DNA of 64,000 nucleotides from an uncultured Bdellovibrionales bacterium (GCA_964406815.1 CAYOTC010000002.1:7906-71905), one strand, 5' to 3'. Numbered from the stretch's first letter, positions 26,436 through 34,910 are shown. A program made the numbers and translations. Notes: generated by a model from the letters alone, not told the origin.

Positions 26436-28040
26436 CTATTCCACCCGATACTTCTCTTTCATTAATTCCTCTTCTTTTTTCTTTTCTTCTTCAATTTTTT
26501 TCTTAGCCATATCGCGAAGTTCCTCTAAGTCTTTATTATTAAGATCTTTAGCTAACTCAAGAAGTTTTGTTTTTTCATTCAATTTTTGGTCGTCAATAAC
26601 CAAGGCCAGAAGAACATCCAAAATTGTGCCGATTTTCGGTCCAGGAGCTATGTTTAGTTTTTCCATCAAATCATTTCCGTTAATTTTCAGTTGTTTGACG
26701 GAAATAGCATCGTAAGAAACTTTTTCCACCATAAACTTGAAGTGGCGAAGCTTATACGGCACAGCTTTTGGTACTCCAGAGCCCAATCTGTCCGCTATCC
26801 TGACATCAATAAGATCGTTGATATTTTCCAAACCGACTTTTTGGATGACACGTCGCACCCCCGACTCCCCGACTTCATCAACGTTGTAATAAAACATATG
26901 GTTTTTCACGAGAAGTGCGGTTTTATCGATGATATTTTTGGAAAATTTCAAGCGTTCAAGAATTTTTTTTGCAAGGCGTGCCCCCGCATATTCATGAGCA
27001 TAAAAAGTGGCATTCTCCCCTTTTCCGCGCTTGGTTTCCGGCTTTCCTATATCATGAAGAAGAGAAGCCAGTCGCACTTCCAATTTTTTTGACGGACATT
27101 TTTCCAAACTGGCAATAAGATGTTTATAAACCGTATTATATGGTCCGTAATAATGATGATGGCTCTGCTCTACTTCTATTCCGATTTCGATTTCCGGAAT
27201 TATATATTGCAATAGGCCGGTTTCATGGAGTATTTCTACGCCTTTGGCCGGTTGAGCTGAAAGCATGATTTTCCCAAATTCGTCCCGAATTCTTTCGGCT
27301 GAAATGAATTTAAGGTTTTTAGCATTGCCTTTTATCGCTTTTAGGGTTTTATCTTCAATTTCAAAACCAAGTTGGACAGCAAAACGGACAGCCCGCATCA
27401 TTCGGAGCGCATCTTCATTGAATCTGTCAGTAGGCTTCCCTACTGCCCGGATAATTTTATTTTTCAAATCATTTTGTCCGTCGAATAAATCAATTATCTC
27501 AAAATCAATGTTTTTAATCTTAAGGGCCATAGCATTTATCGTAAAATCCCGGCGACTCAAGTCTTCTTCCAAGTTTTTGGCAAATTTTATGGCATCAGGA
27601 TGACGTTTGTCGGTATATTTCGACTCGATTCTATATGTCGTAATCTCTACAACTTCTACTTTCTCCGATTCTTGATCCTTATTTTCTGTTTCTTGTTTTC
27701 TGATTTTTACGCCGACTGTGCCAAAATCATTTTCATAAACACTATCTGGAAATATTTTCACGATTTCATTAGGTTTAGCATTAGTTGCGATGTCCCAATC
27801 TTTCGGTTCGACAGGCTCACCGTGGATGATTCTAATGAGAAAATCTCGCACACATCCGCCGACGATAAAAGCCTCAAAGCCGTTCTTTTCGAGCTCATTT
27901 GTCACTTCCAATATATACGGTGGAATTTTTTCAATCATATTATTGTCTTTATCATATACTTCTTCGCCATAAAAAGGCAAATCAAAAATTCCGGAAAATT
28001 TCCGGAGTTTTTTCGTTTGTGCCCTCAGCAGGAATTTCAC
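26436..28040 (-). CDS. cca: CCA-adding enzyme / poly(A) polymerase-family tRNA nucleotidyltransferase with HD domain
   Basis: 'FIVGGCVRD' (GGxVRD), 'RRDFTINAMA', and HD motif 'LLHDIGKP'. Confidence 0.8.
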   Translation of the reverse strand: MKFLLRAQTKKLRKFSGIFDLPFYGEEVYDKDNNMIEKIPPYILEVTNELEKNGFEAFIVGGCVRDFLIRIIHGEPVEPKDWDIATNAKPNEIVKIFPDSVYENDFGTVGVKIRKQETENKDQESEKVEVVEITTYRIESKYTDKRHPDAIKFAKNLEEDLSRRDFTINAMALKIKNIDFEIIDLFDGQNDLKNKIIRAVGKPTDRFNEDALRMMRAVRFAVQLGFEIEDKTLKAIKGNAKNLKFISAERIRDEFGKIMLSAQPAKGVEILHETGLLQYIIPEIEIGIEVEQSHHHYYGPYNTVYKHLIASLEKCPSKKLEVRLASLLHDIGKPETKRGKGENATFYAHEYAGARLAKKILERLKFSKNIIDKTALLVKNHMFYYNVDEVGESGVRRVIQKVGLENINDLIDVRIADRLGSGVPKAVPYKLRHFKFMVEKVSYDAISVKQLKINGNDLMEKLNIAPGPKIGTILDVLLALVIDDQKLNEKTKLLELAKDLNNKDLEELRDMAKKKIEEEKKKEEELMKEKYRVE

Positions 28041-28061
28041 CCCGCAACCATTTTTTGTTTG

Positions 28062-28133
28062 TCTCCTCAGTAGGAATCGAACCTACATCTCATCCTTAGG
28101 ACGGATTTGCTCTATCCATTGAGCTATGAGGAG
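28062..28133 (-). tRNA. tRNA-Arg (anticodon CCT)
   Basis: Manually folded. Acceptor CTCCTCA/TGAGGAG, D-arm GCTCAATGGATAGAGC, anticodon loop GTCCTAA, T-arm GTAGG-TTCGATT-CCTAC, discriminator A. Confidence 0.8.
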
Positions 28134-28165
28134 GAATATTAATTTTAAAAATGGTGCGAGGCAGG

Positions 28166-28238
28166 CCTACATCTCATCCTTAGGACGCCTGCCTGCCAGT
28201 AGGCAGGGATTTTCTCTATCCATTGAGTTATAGAAGCT
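28166..28238 (-). pseudogene. Truncated tRNA-Arg(CCT)-like pseudogene carrying a GC-rich hairpin insertion in the anticodon arm
   Basis: The 5' acceptor, D-arm and anticodon loop are near-identical to the adjacent tRNA-Arg. A 20-22 nt insert (gcctgcctgccagtaggcaggg) is present, and the T-arm is replaced by flank sequence. Overlaps the 3' end of the hydrolase ORF. Confidence 0.45.
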
Positions 28239-28802
28239 TGATATTATTTCAGTTATTTTTTTGTCGTATTTTTCATTCCAATCATGCTCCACGTTTTCCA
28301 TATCTATTATCGGGATATTTTTAGAATACAAATAATCTCGCATTATTTTATCACAATAAACATAATCTTTTTCTCCGCAAATCACAATCAGTTTATCTTT
28401 CGGAATTTCATTTAAAATAGCATCGAAATCATATCTTAGCAATTGCCAGCATTTTTTGATACTAAAAATATAATTTCTGAAGCCCTGTATATGTTTTTTT
28501 GTTGCAGGAGTTTTTTCGCGTCTGTGGAAAGTTATCCATTTTCCAAACCATGTAAAAATACTTCTTTTTGGAATTAAAGGATTCACCAAGATAAGATTTT
28601 GATTCTTGTTTTTTTTCCAATTGAGCAAAGCCCAATTGCATCCTAAACTATGACAGATTAAAAAATCAGCGGATATTGGATATGTTTCGGCTAATCGTTC
28701 TTTCCATATTTCTAGGACTGTATGTAGAGAATTTTTTCCAATATACATCCCCCCTTCATTCAGCCAACCGGGAATCAGAAGTATTTTTTTATTATTTTCC
28801 AT
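28167..28802 (-). CDS. Alpha/beta-hydrolase-fold protein (esterase-like)
   Basis: 'ILLIPGWLNEGG' and a nucleophile-elbow-like 'CHSLGC'. The track ORF's N-terminal extension to 28916 runs across tRNA genes and is taken as spurious. The C-terminal 18 aa are read out of the pseudo-tRNA. Confidence 0.45.
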   Translation of the reverse strand: MENNKKILLIPGWLNEGGMYIGKNSLHTVLEIWKERLAETYPISADFLICHSLGCNWALLNWKKNKNQNLILVNPLIPKRSIFTWFGKWITFHRREKTPATKKHIQGFRNYIFSIKKCWQLLRYDFDAILNEIPKDKLIVICGEKDYVYCDKIMRDYLYSKNIPIIDMENVEHDWNEKYDKKITEIISSFYNSMDRENPCLLAGRRPKDEM

Positions 28803-28817
28803 TTTATTTATCTTATG

Positions 28818-28860
28818 TGGACTTGAGGAGATTTGAACTCCTGACCCCTGCAATGCGCCA
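28818..28860 (-). pseudogene. tRNA 3'-half remnant (T-arm AGGAG-TTCAAAT-CTCCT plus acceptor strand) directly downstream of tRNA-Ala(CGC)
   Basis: Canonical T-arm and a 3' acceptor strand CAAGTCC-A are present. No matching D-arm or 5' acceptor. Confidence 0.35.
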
Positions 28861-28880
28861 CGCATCAAAACAAATTCTTG

Positions 28881-28953
28881 TGGACTGTACCGGAGTCGGA
28901 CCGGTGACCTCCGCAATGCGAATGCGGCGCTCTACCAACTGAGCTAACAGCCC
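28881..28953 (-). tRNA. tRNA-Ala (anticodon CGC)
   Basis: Acceptor GGGCTGT/ACAGTCC with the G3:U70 Ala identity pair, D-arm GCTCAGTTGGTAGAGC, anticodon loop TTCGCAT, and an unusual T-loop TCCGACT. Confidence 0.8.
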
Positions 28954-28975
28954 TAATAATTTTTTGTGCGGTGTA

Positions 28976-29103
28976 AAAATGCAGTGCTCGGACCCTGTCC
29001 GCCCTCTGGCGGAAACTGAGCTACAAGCCCGTCGAATCAGTGAACAATACTGGACTCGGACCAGTGACCTCTATAGTGCTTGCCCCGCACAAATTTATAA
29101 ATA
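28976..29103 (-). pseudogene. Rearranged tRNA-Ala-like fragments bounded by inverted GTGCGG/CCGCAC
   Basis: A 3' half (AGGTC-ACTGG-TCCGAGT-CCAGT-ATTGTTC-A), a 10-nt spacer, then a 5' half (GGGCTTG-TA-GCTCAGTT... with a CCGCCAGAGGGCGG hairpin in the D-loop). Both halves resemble the intact tRNA-Ala. Confidence 0.35.
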
Positions 29104-29220
29104 TATTTGCAGGCACAATCTTTTTAACGGAAATGTTTTTAATAATCTGAGACATTCAGTAAATTATTTGTTGCGGGGTGAAAATGTAGCGCTCTAACTT
29201 CACCCCGCACCATTTTTTTG

Positions 29221-29294
29221 TGGACCTGTCCAGGTTCGAACTGGAGACCTCGCCGATGTGAACGGCGCACTCTAACCAGCTGAGCTACAGGTCC
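29221..29294 (-). tRNA. tRNA-Val (anticodon CAC)
   Basis: Acceptor GGACCTG/CAGGTCC, anticodon loop TTCACAT, T-arm TCCAG-TTCGAAC-CTGGA. Confidence 0.85.
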
Positions 29295-29353
29295 ATAAAA
29301 ATGGTGCGGGGCAAGACTGAGCTAATTGTCCGAATTAAATTTTTATAAATTAG

Positions 29354-29426
29354 TGGACCTGAGGAGACTCGAACTCCTGACCTCTTCCATGCCATGGAAG
29401 CGCTCTACCAGCTAAGCTACAGGCCC
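29354..29426 (-). tRNA. tRNA-Ala (anticodon GGC)
   Basis: Acceptor GGGCCTG/CAGGTCC with G3:U70, D-arm GCTTAGCTGGTAGAGC, anticodon loop ATGGCAT, T-arm AGGAG-TTCGAGT-CTCCT. Confidence 0.85.
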
Positions 29427-29577
29427 GAAATAAAAATGTTACTCAAAAATTTTACCTCGACTATCCCCTTTTAGTCAAACTTCCTGATCGATTAAGTTTG
29501 TATAAAGTAATTTTTTAGACAAGAATAATTTTATATTTGCGATAATTCACTCACAATACTAGAATAAATATATTCCT

Positions 29578-31065
29578 ATGACTGATTTATTAAGAAAAAT
29601 TAAGGCAGAACTGCACGTCTGGTTTTTCTATGGTTTTATTTTGACTTTTTCTCTTACAATCAGGAAAGTTATTTGGCATTTTCCTCTTGAAGGATTATTT
29701 AATGAACATTCCGGACTGTATTTTTATTTATCAGATATTTTTCTGGTTGCGACACTTATTTTATGGGTTATATCATTATATAACAATAAAAAGGATAAAT
29801 TGTCAAGTTATAAGTTGTGGAAAACTATTCCTATCCACAGATTATCCATATTTTTACCGCTTATTTTAGCGGTTTTTTCATTTTTATCAATTTTCTGGTC
29901 AGAAAATAAGATCGTAGCTATTTTTAGATCAATTAAATTATTAGAACTATACCTTCTTTATATATACATTTATTTTCAAAATGTTCCACGTGGAACATTT
30001 TTAAAAAACATTTTAAGAATAATTATAGCCATTGGATTAATTCAATCAGTAATAGCTATTTGGCAATTTATTGTTCAGCATTCAATCGGACTTAGATTTT
30101 TTCAAGAAAGCATAATTTCACCATTTATTCCGGGAGTAGCTAAAGTTATCTTAAACGATAATATATTCATTCGTGCTTATGGGTTAATGCCACATCCGAA
30201 TATTTTGGGATGTTTCTTGCTTTTCTCGATTATTTTAACGATACTGTGCAAAAAATTGTTCCACGTGGAACAATTTAGATATTTATTAAAATTAGTTTTA
30301 TTTATTCAGTGTGTCGCCTTAATATTAACTTTCTCTAAATCTGCAATGATTGGCTTGATTATATCAATTATATATACTAATGTTCCACGTGGAACATTAG
30401 TAGAATCTAAAAATTTGTTTAAAGTGATTTTTAATAATATTAAAAAATTGTTCCACGTGGAACAATATAGGAGATGGATATTAAGCGGAGCAATTATTAT
30501 TGTATTAGTTTTTATTATAATTAAGCCAAATTTAAGCTCTTTATTTACTAAATCACTAGGGGAGCGTTTATTTTATTTAAATGTTTCACGTGGAACAATT
30601 TTGGATAATCCAGTTCTTGGTGTGGGAATAGGGCAGTTTGTAATGAATATTCCAAATTATGTTTCTAGTAGTTTTGAAGCGTTCCAATATCAGCCGGTTC
30701 ATAATGTATTCTTACTAATCTGGTCAGAGCTGGGGATTATTGGTTTAGGATTATTTATTATTTGGATCTGGAAAGTTATTTTTGATGATAGGAAAATGTT
30801 CCACGTCTGCCTGTCTGGTAGGCAGGTGGAACATTTAAAAGAAGATTATTATAAAGAAAATATTGTAATGGGGGATAGTAATACTATATTAGAACATAAT
30901 AATAATATACTGTCAATAAAGACGATAGAAGTTTATTTTGAAGCAATTCTGGTTGGATTTTTGTTTATAATGCTTTTCGATCATTATTTTTGGGATATCT
31001 GGCAAGGACAAATTATTTTTTGGCTAACGATGGGAATAATTGCTGGAATTAAATTTAGGCATTAA
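29578..31065 (+). CDS. O-antigen ligase / Wzy-like membrane protein interrupted in-frame by six palindromic insertions
   Basis: Polytopic membrane protein. C-terminal 'VLGVGIGQFVMNIPNY...QYQPVHNVFLLIWSELGIIGLGLF' resembles the Wzy_C core. The palindromes translate as NVPRGT / LFHVEQ in loop regions. Confidence 0.5.
   Translation: MTDLLRKIKAELHVWFFYGFILTFSLTIRKVIWHFPLEGLFNEHSGLYFYLSDIFLVATLILWVISLYNNKKDKLSSYKLWKTIPIHRLSIFLPLILAVFSFLSIFWSENKIVAIFRSIKLLELYLLYIYIYFQNVPRGTFLKNILRIIIAIGLIQSVIAIWQFIVQHSIGLRFFQESIISPFIPGVAKVILNDNIFIRAYGLMPHPNILGCFLLFSIILTILCKKLFHVEQFRYLLKLVLFIQCVALILTFSKSAMIGLIISIIYTNVPRGTLVESKNLFKVIFNNIKKLFHVEQYRRWILSGAIIIVLVFIIIKPNLSSLFTKSLGERLFYLNVSRGTILDNPVLGVGIGQFVMNIPNYVSSSFEAFQYQPVHNVFLLIWSELGIIGLGLFIIWIWKVIFDDRKMFHVCLSGRQVEHLKEDYYKENIVMGDSNTILEHNNNILSIKTIEVYFEAILVGFLFIMLFDHYFWDIWQGQIIFWLTMGIIAGIKFRH
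29978..30836. repeat. Six dispersed copies of the perfect palindrome (A)AATGTTCCACGTGGAACATT(T) or its AATTGTTCCACGTGGAACAATT variant
   Basis: Copies at ~29978-30002, 30253-30276, 30379-30398, 30446-30466, 30579-30600 (one mismatch) and 30794-30836 (split by a nested 21-nt hairpin). Spacing is irregular (68-275 bp). Confidence 0.7.
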
Positions 31066-31182
31066 ACTGTAAATAGGTTCGTATAAAAACGAGTTAGCTG
31101 AAATACTGTTCTTTTTAAAACGAATATTTGTTTTTCTGATTTAATTGAATTTATTTCCATAAATAATTATTAAAATAAAAAT

Positions 31183-31569
31183 ATGTTTAAAGAGTTTAAG
31201 GAGTTTGCTGTAAAAGGCAACATAATTGACTTAGCTGTCGGTATCATTATAGGATCGGCTTTTGGAAAAATTGTCAGCTCATTGGTTCAGGATATTATTA
31301 TGCCACCCATTGGTTTGTTGCTTGGAGGAATTGATTTTTCCAGTTTTATGATTACTCTTAAAAAAGCAACTGAAGTTTCTGAAGCTGTAACGATAAATTA
31401 CGGTATTTTTATCAATAATTTAGTCGATTTTATAATTATCGCATTCGCGATATTTGTGGTTATAAAACAGATAAATAAATTAAAGAAAAAAGAAGAAGTG
31501 AAACCAGTGGAACCGGCAGAAGAAATTTTATTGCTGAGAGAAATAAGAGATCAGCTTAGACAAAAATAA
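31183..31569 (+). CDS. mscL: Large-conductance mechanosensitive channel
   Basis: '[31 protein letters not shown]' N-terminus, 2 TMs, charged C-terminal helix. Confidence 0.85.
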   Translation: MFKEFKEFAVKGNIIDLAVGIIIGSAFGKIVSSLVQDIIMPPIGLLLGGIDFSSFMITLKKATEVSEAVTINYGIFINNLVDFIIIAFAIFVVIKQINKLKKKEEVKPVEPAEEILLLREIRDQLRQK

Positions 31570-31622
31570 AAATATCAAATTGATAAGTATATATTTTTAC
31601 GATTTATTATAAGTGAATCGGT

Positions 31623-32060
31623 ATGTTTAAAATAGGAGTTTTTGGAATTATTACAGATGAAAAAGATCGCGTTTTGTTCTGCCATAGGTGTGATTATGAT
31701 CTTTGGAATTTGCCCGGAGGCGGTGTTGAAGAAGGGGAAAGTCCTTGGGAGGCGCTTGTTCGGGAGATCAGAGAGGAAACCGGTCTTGAAGTAGAGCCTG
31801 TTAATTTGAGTGGCGTTTATAGCAAGCCGGAAAAAAATGAAATCGTATTTTCTTTCTTTTGTAAAATTATTGGAGGTGAAATTAGATTGACTGATGAAGC
31901 TGATAGGATTGAATATTTCGAAGTTGAGAAAATTCCAAAGAATACTTCGTTAAAACAAGCCGAGAGAGTGAATGAATATTTTTCCAATAAAAACAAAACT
32001 CACTTTCACGTTCAAATGGGACCGTCTTCAATTGATTTGATAAGAGAAGGAAGGATATAG
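31623..32060 (+). CDS. NUDIX hydrolase
   Basis: Nudix box 'GGGVEEGESPWEALVREIREETGL'. Confidence 0.75.
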   Translation: MFKIGVFGIITDEKDRVLFCHRCDYDLWNLPGGGVEEGESPWEALVREIREETGLEVEPVNLSGVYSKPEKNEIVFSFFCKIIGGEIRLTDEADRIEYFEVEKIPKNTSLKQAERVNEYFSNKNKTHFHVQMGPSSIDLIREGRI

Positions 32061-32094
32061 ATTATTTGAAAAAATTTTAATATTTATAATCATT

Positions 32095-32622
32095 ATGAAA
32101 CAGTTGGATTTTCCAGAAATAAAACAGACGTATAAATGGGATTGCGGTGCGGATGTTCTTGAAGCGGTTCTGACATATTATGGAATTGAAATCCGCGAAG
32201 AGCTTTTGATAGATTATGCCAAGACGAATTGCAAGACGGGAACTTCGAAAAAGGACATGCTTAGGACGCTTGAGAAATTCGATTTGAAGTATGATGCCAG
32301 AAGTATGACGATTGAAGATCTGAAAAATTATATCGATAAAAATATTCCTGTGGTGATTCTTTTGCAAGCATGGAATAGAAAAGGCGTCATTGATTATAAG
32401 AATGATTTTCATGATGGGCATTGGGTTGTGGCAATAGGACACAATAAAAATGAAATAATTTTTGAAGATCCATATGTTCTCCAGCGGACGTTTTTGAAAA
32501 AAGAAGAACTCGAGGAGAGATGGCATGATAAGGAAGGTGATAGCAAAATATATAATTTCGGCATTGCAGTTTTTGGGAAAAAGCCAGCTTATAATCAGAA
32601 AAAGCTGGTGCATATGAATTAA
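32095..32622 (+). CDS. Stand-alone peptidase-C39-like (papain-fold) domain protein
   Basis: 'QTYKWDCGADVLEAVLTYYG' (catalytic-Cys context of C39 domains) and a downstream 'HDGHWVVAIGHN' His. No ABC-transporter domain. Confidence 0.5.
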   Translation: MKQLDFPEIKQTYKWDCGADVLEAVLTYYGIEIREELLIDYAKTNCKTGTSKKDMLRTLEKFDLKYDARSMTIEDLKNYIDKNIPVVILLQAWNRKGVIDYKNDFHDGHWVVAIGHNKNEIIFEDPYVLQRTFLKKEELEERWHDKEGDSKIYNFGIAVFGKKPAYNQKKLVHMN

Positions 32623-32650
32623 TTTTTTAATATCATTAGAAGTCTTTATT

Positions 32651-33238
32651 ATGAAGAATGATTTTGAGAAAGCTTTGGAATGTTTGAAGGATGGGGGAGT
32701 GATTATTTATCCCAGTGAGAGTTGTTATTCTTTCGGATGCGACGCGAAAAATGAAATAGCGGTCAAAAAAATACATGAAATTAAAAATGAATCGATTAAC
32801 AAACCAATAACTTTATTGGTTTCCGATCTGAAGCAGATTGAAGAATTTGGAATCATAAATGAAACGGCGGAAAAAATTAGTGAAAAACTTATGCCGGGGA
32901 AAATCAGTCTGATCATTGAAAAAAAAGATCCGGAAAAATATGGATATCTTAGCGAGAATGGGATTTGTTTTCGTATTCCTGACAACAAAATCGCTTTTGA
33001 TCTTTGCGCGAATTTTGGCGGAGCAATTACGACTACTTCAGTGAATATCCATAAGGAGCCTTCGATGTATAAAATTTCAGAAGTGATTGAAAAATTTGGA
33101 AATAAAGTTTCAACTATAATAGAAACAGGGGATAGGGATGAAAATATTCCGGTTAGCACTATTTATGATACGATGGAAAATAAAATAATTAGGCGCGGCC
33201 CGGTGAGCGAGGAAATTATAATGAAAATATTGGCGTAA
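32651..33238 (+). CDS. tsaC: L-threonylcarbamoyladenylate synthase TsaC/YrdC-domain protein
   Basis: YrdC-fold N-terminus 'GGVIIYPSESCYSFGCDAKNEIAVKKIHEIKNESINKPITLLVSD'. Confidence 0.7.
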   Translation: MKNDFEKALECLKDGGVIIYPSESCYSFGCDAKNEIAVKKIHEIKNESINKPITLLVSDLKQIEEFGIINETAEKISEKLMPGKISLIIEKKDPEKYGYLSENGICFRIPDNKIAFDLCANFGGAITTTSVNIHKEPSMYKISEVIEKFGNKVSTIIETGDRDENIPVSTIYDTMENKIIRRGPVSEEIIMKILA

Positions 33239-33255
33239 TTTTAAAAATTAAAAAT

Positions 33256-33561
33256 ATGGAACACAATAAACTTGTTCGAGACAAGATTCCTGAAATAATT
33301 GAACAAAATGGAGATAGGGCAATTACACATATAGCCAATGATGAAGAATATAAAAAAGCGTTGGAAGAAAAATTATACGAAGAAATAGCGGAGTTTTTGA
33401 AAGATTCTTGTGTTGAAGAGGCGGCGGATATCATGGAAGTGCTTGAGGCGATTTGCAAATTAAAAGGTGATGATTTAGGCGATGTCGAAAAAGTTCGATT
33501 GGAAAAAGCCGAGAAGCGGGGGAGATTTGAAAAAAGAATCATACTCGAAAAGACGGAATAA
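33256..33561 (+). CDS. Small all-alpha MazG/HisE-like nucleoside-triphosphate pyrophosphohydrolase
   Basis: 'KLVRDKIPEII' N-terminus and E/D-rich helices. ~100 aa, as in house-cleaning NTP-PPases. Confidence 0.45.
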   Translation: MEHNKLVRDKIPEIIEQNGDRAITHIANDEEYKKALEEKLYEEIAEFLKDSCVEEAADIMEVLEAICKLKGDDLGDVEKVRLEKAEKRGRFEKRIILEKTE

Positions 33562-33626
33562 CTTTAAAAATATTTTTTGAAAATTTTTAAAAGCCCGAGG
33601 AAAATATTTTCCTGCGGGCTTTTATT

Positions 33627-34742
33627 TTAATAATCTATCAGGCCAGTTGCATTATTATAGGTTGCGCCGGAAATATCCCAACGACTATAAACGAAGTAAA
33701 CAACACTTCCGTTTTTCATTAGCAATGATAGATTTCCGGAGTCGTGGCTTGGAATAGAAATCTCTGCATAGTAATTCCCTTCAGCATCCTTATTGATAAT
33801 GCTATATGCAGAAGAATTTCCTCTCCAGCCGACCTTGTCAGAACTCCATTGGACTCTTTGGATAGCTGATGGATCGATTCCGAAATTTGATATCCCACAG
33901 ATGATATCGGTGTTAAAGTTTATAGTGATATGTCCATTTTCAAATGCCAGATCTGATTGAGAATAGTTTCCATATTCCAACTCATCATCTTCTGTCAGTA
34001 TGGCATTAGAAATATCCCATTGGTCATAGGAAAACCAAATTTCAGTTCCATCTTCAAGTATTAAAGAAAGAACCCCGATGTCATTGTTAGGAATTTCAAT
34101 ATAGGCAGAAAAAAATCCAGTTTGCATATTTTTTTCGAGAGGAGCGGTTGCTGTACTTTGACCATCCCAACCAACTCGATCTGAATTCCACTGCACCCAT
34201 TCGACATCCGAAGGATCTATCCCGTATTCCGACAAACCTATAAGCATAGTATCGTTAAATTCCACAGCAATATGATTTGTTGAGAAAAGCAATTCTGGTT
34301 TGGAATAAGTACCATATTTTAGTAGATTATCCCTAGTTAATTCCGCCCCAATAATTTTCCATTGAGAATAAGATAGCCATATAAATGATCCATTAGTAAG
34401 TAATACGGATATATTACCAATGTCATTATGAGGAATTCTATTTATTGTAGCGGAATATTTTCCTCCAGAACTTACTATTTTTCCATAAGCAATGCTTTGG
34501 TTTCTCCAACCAACTCTGTCCGAGTTCCATTGGATGTGAACAATATCAGACAGATTCACTTGCTGAGATAGTCCGGAAATAGTATTTTCGTTAAAATTAA
34601 TAATTATTTCACTAAAATCAGGATTGAAGGTTATTTTTCTTGAGGCAGTGTTTGTTTCGGAATTGCTTCCATCGCCTCCGCCATTGCAACCTATTAAAAT
34701 AAAAAGAACTAAGATTGCCAACAAAAGATTGATTTTTTTCAT
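33627..34742 (-). CDS. Lipoprotein with three ~115-aa internal repeats
   Basis: Lipobox 'LFILIGCNGG'. The repeat core is VQWNSDRVGW...NDIG..SLLL..GS.IW.SYSQW.I. Confidence 0.45.
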   Translation of the reverse strand: MKKINLLLAILVLFILIGCNGGGDGSNSETNTASRKITFNPDFSEIIINFNENTISGLSQQVNLSDIVHIQWNSDRVGWRNQSIAYGKIVSSGGKYSATINRIPHNDIGNISVLLTNGSFIWLSYSQWKIIGAELTRDNLLKYGTYSKPELLFSTNHIAVEFNDTMLIGLSEYGIDPSDVEWVQWNSDRVGWDGQSTATAPLEKNMQTGFFSAYIEIPNNDIGVLSLILEDGTEIWFSYDQWDISNAILTEDDELEYGNYSQSDLAFENGHITINFNTDIICGISNFGIDPSAIQRVQWSSDKVGWRGNSSAYSIINKDAEGNYYAEISIPSHDSGNLSLLMKNGSVVYFVYSRWDISGATYNNATGLIDY

Positions 34743-34910
34743 TTTTACCTCCTATTTTAAAAAGTTTTAGTTTTTTTGTAAATTTGTTGGACAGAAAAAT
34801 ATATCATATTACAGTTAAGAAGTCAAGAGGCAAGTGATTTTGGGATAAATAAAAAACCCTGCTACTAAATTTATTAGTAACAGGGCTTAAGAAATACGAA
34901 AACCTAGGAA

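Noticed and set aside
28167-28916. Track ORF of 249 aa extending N-terminally across tRNA-Ala and tRNA fragments
   Set aside because: The first 38 codons overlap tRNA genes and lack a protein-like composition. An internal Met (MENNKKILLIPGW) gives a sensible alpha/beta-hydrolase start, so the CDS was trimmed to 28167-28802.
28976-29103. tmRNA-like start (…CTGATTCGACGGG… resembles the tmRNA 5' GGAUUCGACGGG)
   Set aside because: The region is only ~130 nt, with no tag-peptide reading frame, no pseudoknots and no matching CCA-end acceptor pairing. Similarity to the intact tRNA-Ala halves explains it better.
28964-29197. ORFs 28676-28942(+), 28964-29197(+), 27899-28099(+) in the tRNA region
   Set aside because: They overlap tRNA genes or tRNA-derived fragments on the opposite strand, with arbitrary composition; taken as spurious.
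29978-30836. Possible CRISPR array (repeated ~22-bp palindrome)
   Set aside because: Spacing between copies is irregular (68-275 bp). The repeats lie inside an intact, homology-supported ORF and are perfect palindromes in two variants. No cas genes are present.
32077-32613. 178-aa ORF antisense to the C39-like peptidase gene
   Set aside because: It overlaps the homology-supported + strand gene entirely, is Phe/Ile-rich low-complexity, and has no motif.
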